Shown one piece after another: positions 30,161-41,017 of a stretch of 64,000 bases of DNA; positions within the stretch are counted from its first letter, which is position 1; each line of letters begins with the position of its first letter. The translations under genes and the position numbers were made by a program. The stretch spans positions 32,001-96,000 of the forward strand of contig CAWCVB010000006.1 in NCBI GenBank assembly GCA_963798915.1. The letters run 5' to 3'. Origin of the DNA: an uncultured Gemmatimonadales bacterium (lineage in GTDB: Bacteria; Gemmatimonadota; Gemmatimonadetes; Gemmatimonadales; GWC2-71-9). The notes under the pieces are model-generated. The model saw only the letters and a program-made list of their open reading frames with translations. It was not told the DNA's origin and searched no databases.

Positions 30161-31873
30161 TCAGCAAGACTCGACTGCTGCGCCCGGCGGGTCGAGACGT
30201 TCATAGACCGTTCCCAGCCACACCGACAGGATCCAGCCCTCGGCAACCAGCAGCAGCGCCGCTCCCAGCGCCGCCGGCAGGATGGACCAGACACCTAGCA
30301 GCGGCGCGACAACGACGCCGACACCGGTGGCGCCGACGGCCGGAATCACTGAAGCGAGGAGCAGGGCGGTGATATACGCCAGCGCGGTCAGCATGCTCTG
30401 ACCCAGTGTCTCCAGCCCGCCCCGAACTGTTCCGACCCGGACCCACCCGGGGAACAGAAGTGCAGCGCCGTTCTGGAGCATCATGCCGACAAAGTTGAGC
30501 GAGGGGACGAGCAGAATTGCCCCAAGCGCGAGCGCCGGGCGCGCCACCGGTGGCAGGCCGGGCGCCGGAACGCGAATGAGCGCGAGCGCGCCGAGCAGCA
30601 GGAGGGTCAGTTGTGAGAGCGAAAGCACGAGGGTCGATGCTGCCGCTTCCATCCGGACGACGGCATCGGGCTCGAGCGGGTAACTCCGAAGCAGCTCCAG
30701 ATGGGCCAGGTCGCTCCGGAGATCATTTCTGATCCATTGCGGACCCAGCGCGAAGAAGAAGCCGCTCCAGACCAGCAGCAGCGTGCCGGCAGCGTGCGCC
30801 GCCGCAGGCAGGCCGATGACCGCCACGAGCAGCGTGCATGCAAGAGCCAGTGCGATGAGTGACCAGGTTCGGAGGCGCTTCCGCCGCAGCAGCATCGCCA
30901 CGTTCTTCCAGAAGATTGCCACGGAAGGATTGCCCGCAGGCGTGAGCGGCCAGAGCGGCGCCGACCGGCCTCGCTCGGTGCTAGGGATGGTTGTACCGGC
31001 GCGCCTGGCGGCGAGCTGTCGGGCACGCCGGAACGAGACCTCTGCTGCGGCTTCCTCATAGGCGGCATCGGAGCGGATGACCCAGAAGTAGTGCAGCCCC
31101 AGCAGCCCCAGTGCCCAGGGAAAGCTCCGCGCCCACTCGGCGACCGATGTCGACGCCAGCGGATGCGCCAGCAGACGGAAGGGCGCGAGCAGGACCAGGG
31201 CAAGCGGAACCGTCAACGCCGCCTGAATGCGCGCCGACACCGCGAGCGACACCGGAAGTTCCATCCAGCGGTTGCCGGCTTGCAGCAACGCGGCTGCGAT
31301 GAGCGCTGCCGAAAGAATCAGTGCGACCAGCACCAGCGGATGGCGCCGGATGCCCGCGGCGCCGTGCTCCACGGCTGACGTGCGTGTGAGCGCGGCGCCG
31401 AGCCGGTGCAGGTAGATGGTGGAAAAGAGGCACCAGAGCGACAGCGCTCGCAACGGTGCAATTAATTCCCCTCGGCGGGCACCGAGGATAACGATCCACA
31501 GGAGCGTGCTGGCCACGATCAGGACCTGCGCCCGCAGCAGCTTGTACTGCACCAGCGAACGCCGGGTCACAGGGGCCTGGAAAAGGAACATGACTTCCGC
31601 GGTGGAGTAGGCCAGGACATCCAGCTTGCCGGCGGAGATCCAGGTCCAAGCCACCATGAGCAGCAAACCGCCCGCCACGGCCAGTTCCAGCAGTTCTCCA
31701 CCCAGTGGCGCATGGCCCTGCGGTTGCGAGTTGTTGCGCCCGAGCAGCGCGAGATACCCGATCCCGACCAGCAAGGCGACGACGTATCGGGGTTCGCGTA
31801 GGCGCCTTGCCTGCTGCATGGTCCGGTTGCGGAGGGTGTGCCAGAGCAGGAAGCGAAGGGCGGACCACTCCAT
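30161..31873 (-). CDS. putative ABC exporter permease
   Basis: many TM segments, EVMFLFQAPVTRRSLVQYKL; ATG overlaps the stop of the upstream ATPase. Confidence 0.78.
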   Translation of the reverse strand: MEWSALRFLLWHTLRNRTMQQARRLREPRYVVALLVGIGYLALLGRNNSQPQGHAPLGGELLELAVAGGLLLMVAWTWISAGKLDVLAYSTAEVMFLFQAPVTRRSLVQYKLLRAQVLIVASTLLWIVILGARRGELIAPLRALSLWCLFSTIYLHRLGAALTRTSAVEHGAAGIRRHPLVLVALILSAALIAAALLQAGNRWMELPVSLAVSARIQAALTVPLALVLLAPFRLLAHPLASTSVAEWARSFPWALGLLGLHYFWVIRSDAAYEEAAAEVSFRRARQLAARRAGTTIPSTERGRSAPLWPLTPAGNPSVAIFWKNVAMLLRRKRLRTWSLIALALACTLLVAVIGLPAAAHAAGTLLLVWSGFFFALGPQWIRNDLRSDLAHLELLRSYPLEPDAVVRMEAAASTLVLSLSQLTLLLLGALALIRVPAPGLPPVARPALALGAILLVPSLNFVGMMLQNGAALLFPGWVRVGTVRGGLETLGQSMLTALAYITALLLASVIPAVGATGVGVVVAPLLGVWSILPAALGAALLLVAEGWILSVWLGTVYERLDPPGAAVESC

Positions 31874-32601
31874 CAGCTGGTCGTCTCGCCTACCAGGGCG
31901 ATGAATACCTCTTCCAGCGACCGGCCCGCGAGGTCGGGGCGCGCCGCGACGATTTCGGTCAGCCCGCCCGATGCGACCAGCTCCCCCTGCCGAAGGACGA
32001 GCACACGTGTGCACAGTTCTTCCACGAGATGAAGCAGGTGCGAACTCAGGATCACGGCCGCGCCCGCGAGGGCGCGCTGGCGGATGGTTGCCTTCATGCG
32101 CCGGATGCCGATCGGATCCAGGCCGGTGAGCGGTTCGTCAAACATCAGTACTGTGGGCGCGTGGAGGAGGCCGCTTGCGATTGCAAGCTTCTGCTTCATG
32201 CCGCGCGACAGCTCCGGCGGAAAGGCATTGATCCTGTCCGTCAGTTCCAGCTCGTCCAGCAGCGCCGCGCGTCGCTCGGCGGCATTCTGCACGCCGTAAA
32301 GGCGCGCGACGAAGTCAAGATGCTCGCCGACCGTGAGATAGTCGAACAGGTGTGGCTCGTCCGGAATGAACGCGAGGCGGCGCTTCGCGGCCAACGGCTC
32401 GGTCGCCAGGTCGAAACCGGCAATGTGAATTCGCCCGGCTGAGGGTACAATGATGCCGGCCAGGCTGCGCAGCGTGGTCGTCTTGCCGGCGCCATTGGGA
32501 CCCACCAGGCCCAGCACCTCGCCGGGACCGACGGCAAAGCTGAGGTTCCGCACCGCCAGACGATCGCCGTAGTTCTTGGTCAAGCCAGCAACGTCAATCA
32601 A
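31873..32601 (-). CDS. ABC transporter ATP-binding protein
   Basis: [26 protein letters not shown] start. Confidence 0.95.
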   Translation of the reverse strand: MIDVAGLTKNYGDRLAVRNLSFAVGPGEVLGLVGPNGAGKTTTLRSLAGIIVPSAGRIHIAGFDLATEPLAAKRRLAFIPDEPHLFDYLTVGEHLDFVARLYGVQNAAERRAALLDELELTDRINAFPPELSRGMKQKLAIASGLLHAPTVLMFDEPLTGLDPIGIRRMKATIRQRALAGAAVILSSHLLHLVEELCTRVLVLRQGELVASGGLTEIVAARPDLAGRSLEEVFIALVGETTS

Positions 32602-32767
32602 GTCGCCTCCGGCAGTGCTGGCAGCCGATTCCCTAAGGCCTTTGCCGCCAATGAGCTATGCGATATAGTTAAGCGATTGCGTGAACGGCGCCTTCGGCCC
32701 TGAAACTTTTTCCCTTCTGGCGACGTTTCGTGGTGCATCGTCCGGAACCTCTCCGTCAGGCGGCTGC

Positions 32768-33382
32768 ATGCGTTCCTACTGGGTCAAAATCATCGGCGGC
32801 GCAGTTCTCATCTTCGCCGTGGGCATGATCATCCGAACCATGGTCCACAAGGTCAGGCGAGGCGTCGAATACGTGAGCAATGGAACGGGGCCGATCAGCT
32901 GGCCGGTGTTCTTCCTCCCGTTCGATCTGGATGGCCGGCGCCTGGGTCGCTTGCGCGACGTCACAATCTACCGGGACAGCACCCGGAACCCGTCATCAGT
33001 CGCGGCAAGCGTTTCCCTCGCCGACACCGTGTCGGAGGACGAGCTGGCGCGTTGTATCATCGCCCTGGTTCCCGATAGTGCCGGCAATATCAACCCGCTT
33101 CACTTCCGCTGCCTGTCTGGCAGCGATACCGCCGGACGCAATCTGGCCCAATTTGGCGTGCTTCGGGTGCGCTCCAGCCGGGACACGTTCCCGCTCTTTG
33201 CGCCTGCGGACAAGGTCGGCGCCCTTCGCAGCGAGTGGGGCCACGGCATGAGCAGCGCTGATTCGAGCCGCCGAGCGATGAACGACTCGCTGCGGGATGC
33301 TGTCCACAGCCAGATCGAGAGCACCCTTGACCGTGCCCAGCAGACCGCCGAGTCGCTGCGGGGAACACTGCCACACCAGTGA
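32768..33382 (+). CDS. hypothetical protein with N-terminal TM anchor
   Basis: hydrophobic N-terminus; stop overlaps the trpG-like start (GTGA). Confidence 0.7.
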   Translation: MRSYWVKIIGGAVLIFAVGMIIRTMVHKVRRGVEYVSNGTGPISWPVFFLPFDLDGRRLGRLRDVTIYRDSTRNPSSVAASVSLADTVSEDELARCIIALVPDSAGNINPLHFRCLSGSDTAGRNLAQFGVLRVRSSRDTFPLFAPADKVGALRSEWGHGMSSADSSRRAMNDSLRDAVHSQIESTLDRAQQTAESLRGTLPHQ

Positions 33383-33966
33383 AGCTCCTGGTCATCGACA
33401 ATTATGACAGCTTCACATGGAACCTGGTGCAGCTGTTCGGGGCACTTGGCGCCACGCCGTCGGTCCATCGCAATGATGCGCTGAGCGTCGCTGAGGCACT
33501 GGCCCTGGAGCCGGACGCGATCGTCATATCGCCCGGGCCCTGTACGCCGGCCGAAGCGGGCATTTCCATTCCCCTGGCTCGTGCGGCGGCCGGTCGGAGC
33601 ATTCCGCTGCTTGGGGTCTGCCTGGGTCACCAGGCGCTGGCCATGGCCTTCGGGGGCAAGGTGGAACGGGCCCCGCGGCTCATGCATGGAAAGACGTCCC
33701 GCATTGACCATCGCGGTACCGGACTCTTCCAGGGCCTGGCGAAACCGCTCACCGTCATGCGCTACCACTCGCTCGTGGTGGCTGCGGACGCCCTTCCTGA
33801 GGTGTTCGAGACCACGGCGCACACGCTGGACGCAGACGACCCGACGCTCATGGCGATGGCGCACCGCCGGCTGCCGCTGCACGGGGTCCAATTCCATCCT
33901 GAGTCGATTGGAAGCGACGCCGGCCTCGCCCTGCTGCAGAATTTTCTGGACCTTGCCAGTGGTTGA
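33379..33966 (+). CDS. anthranilate/aminodeoxychorismate synthase component II (TrpG/PabA)
   Basis: [32 protein letters not shown]. Confidence 0.94.
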   Translation: MKLLVIDNYDSFTWNLVQLFGALGATPSVHRNDALSVAEALALEPDAIVISPGPCTPAEAGISIPLARAAAGRSIPLLGVCLGHQALAMAFGGKVERAPRLMHGKTSRIDHRGTGLFQGLAKPLTVMRYHSLVVAADALPEVFETTAHTLDADDPTLMAMAHRRLPLHGVQFHPESIGSDAGLALLQNFLDLASG

Positions 33967-33991
33967 TCGCCGTCGCTGCTGGCCCTAGCTT
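33963..33991 (+). promoter_or_regulatory. putative sigma70 promoter for the amidohydrolase pair
   Basis: TTGATC-N17-TAGCTT, 40 nt before ATG 34032. Confidence 0.45.
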
Positions 33992-34031
33992 CCCAGCTCC
34001 CTCTGGACCTTCACAGGTGCGGCACCATCAT

Positions 34032-35492
34032 ATGAATTCCCGAAGCATAGCGGTCCTCACTGGCGCCGTGGCGGGTCTCCTTGCCTGCACGCCGGCGCCG
34101 GCCACCACTCCCGGCCCGGTGGACTCGAGCGAGGCCGGAAAGCCCGGTTCCCCAGGTGGGCCCTTCCAGACGGCGGAGGAGGGGGGTCGCGTCGACAACA
34201 GCACGACGGCATATCCCTCGACCTACCATCCACTCCCGGCACATACCGTAGTCATCCGTGGCGCCACAGTGCTGACTGCCGCAGGACCGACGCTCACTGG
34301 AGCATCGTTGCTCCTGCAGAACGGTCAGGTAGCAGCGGTGGGGACGGACCTCACGGTGCCGGCGGATGCCGAAGTGGTCGACGCATCGGGCAAGTGGGTC
34401 ACGCCTGGCCTCATCGACACGCATTCGCATCTTGGCGTCTACGCGGCGCCGGGCGGCTGGTCGCTCTCAGATGGCAATGAGGCAACCAGTCCGAATACGG
34501 CGGAAGTCTGGGCCGAGCATTCGATCTGGCCACAGGATCCGCAGTTCGGGCTGGCGCTGGCGGGCGGTGTCACCACGCTGGAGATCCTGCCGGGCTCCGC
34601 CAACCTGTTCGGCGGCCGGGGCGTTGTTCTGCGAAACCTGGCCGGCACCACGGTCCAGGAGATGAAATTTCCCAATGCGCCGTATGCGCTCAAGATGGCA
34701 TGCGGCGAAAATCCCAAGCGGGTCTATGGCAATCGCGGCCGCGCGCCTTCTACCCGAATGGGAAACATGGCCGGTTATCGCGAGGCCTGGATTCGGGCCA
34801 CCGCCTACAAGCGGAAATGGGACAAGTGGCGCCAGGACGGGTCGGATGCCGCCACCATGCCGGACCGTGACTTGGCCATGGAGACGCTCATGGGCGTCCT
34901 CGACGGGCAGATCCGGATCCAGAACCACTGCTATCGCGCCGACGAGATGGCCGAAATGGTGGCGATGTCGAAGGAGTTCGGCTACCACATCGCTTCATTC
35001 CACCACGCAGTGGAGGCATACAAGATTCGCGACCTGCTCAAGCGCGAAGGTATCTGCGCCAGCATGTGGTCCGATTGGTGGGGGTTCAAGCTGGAGGCAT
35101 ACGACGGCATTCGCCAGAACATTGCGCTCATGGCAGCGGACGGTGGCTGCGCCATCCTGCACACTGACGACCCGGACGGCATTCAGCGGATGAACCAGGA
35201 CGCCGCCAAGGCACTCGAGGCGGGGCTTGAGGCCGGGCTGTCGCTGACCCGTGAGGACGCCATCAAGTGGATCACGATCAACCCGGCCAAGGCGCTTGGG
35301 CTCGACCAGGAGGTCGGATCGCTGGAGCCCGGGAAGCGTGCCGATGTCGTGATCTGGTCGGCGGATCCCTTCAGCGTCTACAGCCACGCGGAGCGGGTCT
35401 ACCTCGATGGGGCGTTGGTGTACGACCGGTCCGATCCTGCGCGCCGGCCGGTAAGCGACTTCATGCTGGGCCAGCCGGGGGTATCGCCATGA
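34032..35492 (+). CDS. secreted (lipoprotein) amidohydrolase-family protein
   Basis: LLAC lipobox; TPGLIDTHSH metal motif, KMACGENPK, NHCYR, FHH, GSLEPGKRADVVIW. Confidence 0.88.
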   Translation: MNSRSIAVLTGAVAGLLACTPAPATTPGPVDSSEAGKPGSPGGPFQTAEEGGRVDNSTTAYPSTYHPLPAHTVVIRGATVLTAAGPTLTGASLLLQNGQVAAVGTDLTVPADAEVVDASGKWVTPGLIDTHSHLGVYAAPGGWSLSDGNEATSPNTAEVWAEHSIWPQDPQFGLALAGGVTTLEILPGSANLFGGRGVVLRNLAGTTVQEMKFPNAPYALKMACGENPKRVYGNRGRAPSTRMGNMAGYREAWIRATAYKRKWDKWRQDGSDAATMPDRDLAMETLMGVLDGQIRIQNHCYRADEMAEMVAMSKEFGYHIASFHHAVEAYKIRDLLKREGICASMWSDWWGFKLEAYDGIRQNIALMAADGGCAILHTDDPDGIQRMNQDAAKALEAGLEAGLSLTREDAIKWITINPAKALGLDQEVGSLEPGKRADVVIWSADPFSVYSHAERVYLDGALVYDRSDPARRPVSDFMLGQPGVSP

Positions 35493-36766
35493 GAGCCATG
35501 ATTGCCGTCGCCGCGTGTGCGGCCATGCTTGGCGCAGCGCGCACCGCGGGCGGCCAGACCCTGGCGATTACCGGCGGGCGAGTGCTGACTGGCACCGGTT
35601 CCACTCTCGATCATGCCGTCGTCCTCATTCGCGATGGGCGCATTGCCGCCATCGGGTCCGATGTGGCGGTGCCGGCTGGCGTTCGCACCGTGGACGCGCG
35701 GGGCAAGATCGTGACCCCTGGCTTGCTGAATTCGTTCACGACGCTTGGCGTCGTGGAAATCGAGGCAGTGGACGAAACCAACGATGCGGCCAGCGCCAAT
35801 GACGAGATCACGGCGGCCTTCGACGTGCGCTACGGGCTGAACCCGCGTTCGACCCTGATCCCGATCGAGCGCGACGGGGGCATTACGGAGGCGGTCGTCG
35901 CGCCGAACCCGCGTGCGTCGATCATCGCGGGGCAGGGCGTGCTGATCCACCTGGCGGGCAGCGCCGCTGATTCGATGCTGGACCGCGGCCCGGTGGCCAT
36001 GTTCGGCATCCTGGACGACAATGCCGCGCAGCGAACCGGCGGCGCTCGTGGAACAGCCATCCTGCGCATGCGGGAGTTGCTGGAGGACGTGCGGGTTTAC
36101 GCCGCCAATCCTGCCGCCTATGAGAACCGCGACCGGCGAAACCTGAGCCTCTCCCGGCTCGATCTCGAAGCCATGGTGCCCGTGGTGCAGGGGAAACTGC
36201 CCCTGGTGCTCGCCGTGGAACGATCGTCCGACATCCTCAATGCACTGGCGCTGGCGCGGGAGTTCAAGCTGCGCCTGGTGCTCTCCGGAGCCGCCGAGGG
36301 TTGGATGGTTGCCGATGCGATCGCAAGGGCAGGGGTCCCGGTAATCATGAACCCGCTGACTGATATCCCGGGGTACGACAACCTGGGGGCATCACTGGAA
36401 AATGCGGCGAGGCTGCAACGCGCGGGTGTGATGATTGCGTTCGCGACCTTCGATGCGCACAACGCGCGGAACCTTCGCTTCCTGGCCGGAAATGCCGTGG
36501 CCAACGGGTTGGCGTATGATGATGCGCTGGCTGCCATCACCTCGGTGCCGGCCCGGATCTGGGGGCTGGATGGCGAGCTCGGGAGTCTGTCACCGGGCCA
36601 TCGGGCTGACCTGGTCATCTGGTCGGGTGATCCGTTCGAGTTGATGACCCGGGCAGAACAAGTGTTCATCGGCGGTCGCGAGATGCCGCCGGATAACCGC
36701 CAGCGTGAGCTGCTGGCCCGGTATCGCAACCTGAGCGATAGTCTGCCGGCCCAATACCGCCATTGA
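35489..36766 (+). CDS. secreted amidohydrolase-like protein lacking the HxH metal motif
   Basis: signal peptide; TPGLLNSFTTLG in place of PGLIDxHxH; GSLSPGHRADLVIWSGDP; ATG overlaps the upstream stop. Confidence 0.82.
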   Translation: MRAMIAVAACAAMLGAARTAGGQTLAITGGRVLTGTGSTLDHAVVLIRDGRIAAIGSDVAVPAGVRTVDARGKIVTPGLLNSFTTLGVVEIEAVDETNDAASANDEITAAFDVRYGLNPRSTLIPIERDGGITEAVVAPNPRASIIAGQGVLIHLAGSAADSMLDRGPVAMFGILDDNAAQRTGGARGTAILRMRELLEDVRVYAANPAAYENRDRRNLSLSRLDLEAMVPVVQGKLPLVLAVERSSDILNALALAREFKLRLVLSGAAEGWMVADAIARAGVPVIMNPLTDIPGYDNLGASLENAARLQRAGVMIAFATFDAHNARNLRFLAGNAVANGLAYDDALAAITSVPARIWGLDGELGSLSPGHRADLVIWSGDPFELMTRAEQVFIGGREMPPDNRQRELLARYRNLSDSLPAQYRH

Positions 36767-36775
36767 GGCCAGGCA

Positions 36776-36814
36776 GCGACGGGGCGCCCGGTGCAACACT
36801 GGGCGCCCCGTCGC
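36776..36814 (+). terminator. 18-bp GC hairpin after the amidohydrolase pair (no U tract)
   Basis: GCGACGGGGCGCCCGGTG-CAA-CACTGGGCGCCCCGTCGC. Confidence 0.5.
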
Positions 36815-36881
36815 CGTATAGGAGAGGATGCCCAGTGCCTCGTTCGGGCGCCACCACCCCCTTCATCGAGGATGTTACCTG

Positions 36882-39134
36882 ATGCGCCTTCGCGTCTGGC
36901 CAGTCTTCGCCGCGGTTACCCTGCTGTCCGCCTTCGGGCCACTGTCCCTGCTGGCACAACAGAAGGCCACATTCGCCACGCGTCAGGAGGCATTAAGCGC
37001 CGGCCGGGCACTCTCAGGCGGGTTCGGGCCGCGTGGCGTGACCTGGATCGATGGCGGTGAGCGGTACTCCTACACCGCGCGGGAAGAGGGCGGGGAAGTG
37101 ATCCGGAGCGTGGAGCCAGCCTCGGGTCGGGACCAGCTGCTGTTCAGCCCAGCCGGGCTCACCTTCCCCGGAACCGACAGCGCCTTCCGCTATGTCTCCT
37201 TCCAGTGGGCGGCCGACTCCCGCCATCTCGTCTTCCAGGCCAATTTCCGCCGCCTCTACCGCCGGTCCGGCACCTCGGACTTCTACGTCTATACGCTGGC
37301 CAACAAGCACCTGCAACTGGCGGCCGAAGGGGCCCGCACTGCCGAGCTCTCACCGGACGGCTCGCGCCTTGGCTATGAGCGCGACGGCGACCTGTTCGTC
37401 ACTGAGCTGGCTTCGGCGCGCCAGACCCGCCTCACCGATGATGCCACGGAGAACGTGCATAACGGACGGTTCGACTGGGTCTACGAGGAGGAGTTCGGGC
37501 TGGCACAGGCGTGGAAATGGTCACCGGACAGTCGCAACATCGCGTTCTGGCAGTTGGACGAGAGTCCCGAACCAGCTGTCCAGTTCACCGATTTTTCCGG
37601 CGTGCATCCCGAGTGGGATCGCATCCGCATTCCGCAGCCGGGCGACAGCAATGCGCACGTCCGCATCGGCGTTGTGGACGTGCAGACCGGGCGCAAGACC
37701 TGGCTGGCGCCGGGGGCCGATGGCGGGGAGTACATCCCGCGGATCTACTGGACCAGCGAACCGGATACCCTGGCGGTCGTGACCCTCAACCGGTCGCAGA
37801 ACGAGATGAAGCTCTTCTTCTTTGACATCCATGACGGCGGCAAGCGTCTGGTGATGACGGAGCGCTCGCCGGCCTGGGTGGACGTGTACGACTTTTACGC
37901 CGGCGTCCAGGACATGCTCACGTTTCCCGCCGGCTCGCATGAGTTCTTCTGGATTTCGGATCGGGATGGATGGCAGCATCTGTATCGGTATGACTATGCA
38001 GGCCGAATGGTGAAGCAGGTCACGAGTGGCAACTGGAGCGTCACGCGGGTGGAAGGCACTGATCCCTCCAGGCACGTCGTCTATTTCAGTTCGACCCGGA
38101 ATTCGCCACTGGAGCGCCAGCTCTATTCAGTCCGGTTTGACGGAAGCCGCCTGACCCGTCTGACGACCACTACCGGCACCCACAGCATCAACATGGCGCC
38201 CAACGCCCGCTACTACATCGACAGCTGGTCGTCGGTGACCCAGCCCCGCCAGGTGGAACTCTGGGCAACCGCTGGCAAGCGCCTGCGCACGCTGGAAGCC
38301 AATGCCGGCGTCGCCGATTGGCTCAAGACCCATGCCTACTCGCCGACGGAGCTCTTCAGTTTCACCACCTCCGACGGCCAGCAACTCGACGGCTCCATGG
38401 TCAAGCCATACCCGTTCGACAGCACCCGCCGCTATCCCGTGATCTTCTCGATCTACGGCGGGCCTGGATCGCAACAGGTCTACAACGTTTTCGGCTCGAG
38501 CGGCTGGACCCAATGGCTGGCGCAGGAAGGATATATCGTCGTCGGCCTCAACAATCGTGGCTCAAACAACTATGGCAGCAAGTTCATGAAGGTGGTGCAC
38601 CAGCAGCTCGGCAAGTGGGAGAGTCACGATTTTGCGGAGGCAGCCCGGTATCTGGCCAGGCTCCCCTACGTGGACGGAGAGCACGTGGCCATCATGGGCG
38701 GCAGCTATGGTGGCTACTCCACCGTGTTCACGATGGAGTCCTACCCCGACATCTTCAAAGTTGGCGTGGCCAATTCGGCCGTGACCGACTGGCGCCTGTA
38801 CGACGACATCTACACCGAGCGCTACATGAACACGCCGGCGCTCAACGCTGCCGGCTACGACACCAGTTCGGCCGTCCAGCATGCGGCCGCCCTCACCGGA
38901 CGCCTCCTGCTCATCCATTCGATGATGGATGACAATGTCCACCCGCAGAACACCATGCAGCTCCTGACGGCACTGACCAACGCAGGCCACGATGTCGACA
39001 CCAGGATCTATCCGCCGGGCCACCACGGCGCCGCCTACAACGGTCCGAGCAGCATGCTGATTCAGCAGGTCACGGACGAATTCCTGTCCGAGCACCTCAA
39101 GCCAAATGCGGCCACTGGGACCGCGATACCGTGA
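36882..39134 (+). CDS. S9B dipeptidyl peptidase IV-like protein
   Basis: signal peptide; DWVYEEE, YGGPGSQ, GGSYGG nucleophile, DDNVH, catalytic His in YPPGHHG. Confidence 0.93.
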   Translation: MRLRVWPVFAAVTLLSAFGPLSLLAQQKATFATRQEALSAGRALSGGFGPRGVTWIDGGERYSYTAREEGGEVIRSVEPASGRDQLLFSPAGLTFPGTDSAFRYVSFQWAADSRHLVFQANFRRLYRRSGTSDFYVYTLANKHLQLAAEGARTAELSPDGSRLGYERDGDLFVTELASARQTRLTDDATENVHNGRFDWVYEEEFGLAQAWKWSPDSRNIAFWQLDESPEPAVQFTDFSGVHPEWDRIRIPQPGDSNAHVRIGVVDVQTGRKTWLAPGADGGEYIPRIYWTSEPDTLAVVTLNRSQNEMKLFFFDIHDGGKRLVMTERSPAWVDVYDFYAGVQDMLTFPAGSHEFFWISDRDGWQHLYRYDYAGRMVKQVTSGNWSVTRVEGTDPSRHVVYFSSTRNSPLERQLYSVRFDGSRLTRLTTTTGTHSINMAPNARYYIDSWSSVTQPRQVELWATAGKRLRTLEANAGVADWLKTHAYSPTELFSFTTSDGQQLDGSMVKPYPFDSTRRYPVIFSIYGGPGSQQVYNVFGSSGWTQWLAQEGYIVVGLNNRGSNNYGSKFMKVVHQQLGKWESHDFAEAARYLARLPYVDGEHVAIMGGSYGGYSTVFTMESYPDIFKVGVANSAVTDWRLYDDIYTERYMNTPALNAAGYDTSSAVQHAAALTGRLLLIHSMMDDNVHPQNTMQLLTALTNAGHDVDTRIYPPGHHGAAYNGPSSMLIQQVTDEFLSEHLKPNAATGTAIP

Positions 39135-39168
39135 AATGCCTTTCATCCTACACTGCCGGAGGAAGATC

Positions 39169-40935
39169 TTGATCCGAGTCCGCCTGTACGCAACGCTGCT
39201 CGCCGGGGCCATGGTCCTTGGTTGCGCCGGTGCCAAGTCGCCGACGCCAGCACCCGAGCCGGCCGTCGCCGGTCCGGACGGTGTCGTGCCGTTGCCGGCC
39301 ACCACCCTGCCGAGGACCCACGCTCCGCAGCCCACGTCGGCCGGGATCAGCGCCCGCGATCTCATGACCCGGCTCTACATCTACGCTGACGATTCGATGC
39401 AGGGACGGGAAGCCGGGACCATTGGCAACGTCAAGGCGACCGACTACATCGCCGCCGAGGCGGCGAAAATCGGCCTGGAACCGGCCGGCGACAACGGCAC
39501 CTATTTCCAGACCATACCTGCCGCTACCCGCCGGATCGATCCGGCATCGCAGTTCACTGTGAATAGCCAGCCCCTGACGCTCTTCACCGACTACGTGGTC
39601 AACGGCTCCGGGGACGTTTCGCTTTCTGCGCTCCCCGTGGTGTACGGCGGAGCCATCGGTGACTCCTCGACCATGATTTCGGCCGACCAGGCCAAGGGCA
39701 AACTGGTCGTGCTGGGGGCTCCGGATGGCTTGGCCTCGCTTCGGCGTATCCGGCGGCTCCCGCCGCAACTCGAGGGAGCGGCCGCGGTCGGGCTGGCCGT
39801 GCTCGATTCCTATCCGCCGGCCTTCCTTGAGCGATTGAAGGAGCCCCGGCTCTTCCTGAACGACAATCCCAATGAGCGTCCCGCCGGTCAGCCCACGGTG
39901 CTGCTCAGTGATCGTGCCGCCGTGATGATGTTCGGCAAGCCCCTCGCGGATCTCGCTGTCGGAGCAGCCGGGGCGACCGCGAACCTCGCCGTTCGCTACA
40001 TCACCGAGCCATCGCGCTTCCCGGCCCGCAACGTCGTGGGCATCGTGCGCGGCAGCGACCCGGCGCTGCGCAATGAGTATGTGGCCGTGGGCGCGCATAA
40101 TGACCATATCGGAATGACAGGCCGACCGGTCGATCATGACTCGATCCGGATCTGGAACCATATTGTTCGCCCCGAAGGCGCTGACGACGGCGGCAAGCAA
40201 GCCTCGCCCGAGCAACAGGCGCGGGTCAATGCCGCGCTGGCCGCCTTCCGGGCCGCGCATCCCGGCATGGGCCGCCTGGATTCCATAAGCAACGGCGCGG
40301 ACGACGACGGAACCGGAACGGTGACGGTCCTCGAGCTGGCGCAGAAGATCGCGTCCATGAAGACCAAGCCCAAGCGCTCGCTGCTCTTTGTCTGGCATGT
40401 CGGGGAAGAGAAGGGACTGTGGGGCTCGCACTACTTCACCGACCATCCGACCGTGCCGCGCGATTCGATCGTGGCCCAGTTGAATATGGACATGGTCGGA
40501 CGAGGCGAGGCGTACGACGAAACCGGCCGGACCAAGGATGGGACGCCAATCCACGGCGGGCCCAACTACCTGCAGCTGGTGGGCTCGCGGCGGCTCTCCA
40601 CCGAGCTCGGCGACATGGTGGAGACCGTCAACCAGACGGGTGGCCACCATATGCAGCTGGATTACTCCATCGACGCGGACGGCCACCCCTCGCGCATCTA
40701 CTGCCGCAGCGATCACTACGAGTATGCCAGATACGGCATCCCGATCGTCTTCTTCACCACTGGACTGCACTCCGACTACCACCAGGTGACTGACGAGCCG
40801 CAGTACATCGAATACCAGCACATGGCGCGGATCGCCAATTTCCTGGAAGATCTGGCAGTCCAGGTCGCGAACATGGATCATCGCCCAGTCGTGGACAAGC
40901 CAAAGCCGGATCCGAACGGCCGGTGCGTGCAGTAG
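39169..40935 (+). CDS. M28-family peptidase (lipoprotein, PA-like insert)
   Basis: GGAGGA RBS then TTG; VLGC lipobox; GAHNDH, NGADDDGTG, GEEKGLWGS, NMDM, SDH, DYHQVTD. Confidence 0.9.
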   Translation: MIRVRLYATLLAGAMVLGCAGAKSPTPAPEPAVAGPDGVVPLPATTLPRTHAPQPTSAGISARDLMTRLYIYADDSMQGREAGTIGNVKATDYIAAEAAKIGLEPAGDNGTYFQTIPAATRRIDPASQFTVNSQPLTLFTDYVVNGSGDVSLSALPVVYGGAIGDSSTMISADQAKGKLVVLGAPDGLASLRRIRRLPPQLEGAAAVGLAVLDSYPPAFLERLKEPRLFLNDNPNERPAGQPTVLLSDRAAVMMFGKPLADLAVGAAGATANLAVRYITEPSRFPARNVVGIVRGSDPALRNEYVAVGAHNDHIGMTGRPVDHDSIRIWNHIVRPEGADDGGKQASPEQQARVNAALAAFRAAHPGMGRLDSISNGADDDGTGTVTVLELAQKIASMKTKPKRSLLFVWHVGEEKGLWGSHYFTDHPTVPRDSIVAQLNMDMVGRGEAYDETGRTKDGTPIHGGPNYLQLVGSRRLSTELGDMVETVNQTGGHHMQLDYSIDADGHPSRIYCRSDHYEYARYGIPIVFFTTGLHSDYHQVTDEPQYIEYQHMARIANFLEDLAVQVANMDHRPVVDKPKPDPNGRCVQ

Positions 40936-41017
40936 CGCGACGGACGCAGGACGGGTGGTCACCCACAGGGTGCCACCCGTCAGCCATCCGCATCTCATCC
41001 TCCACCATCAAGGTGTC

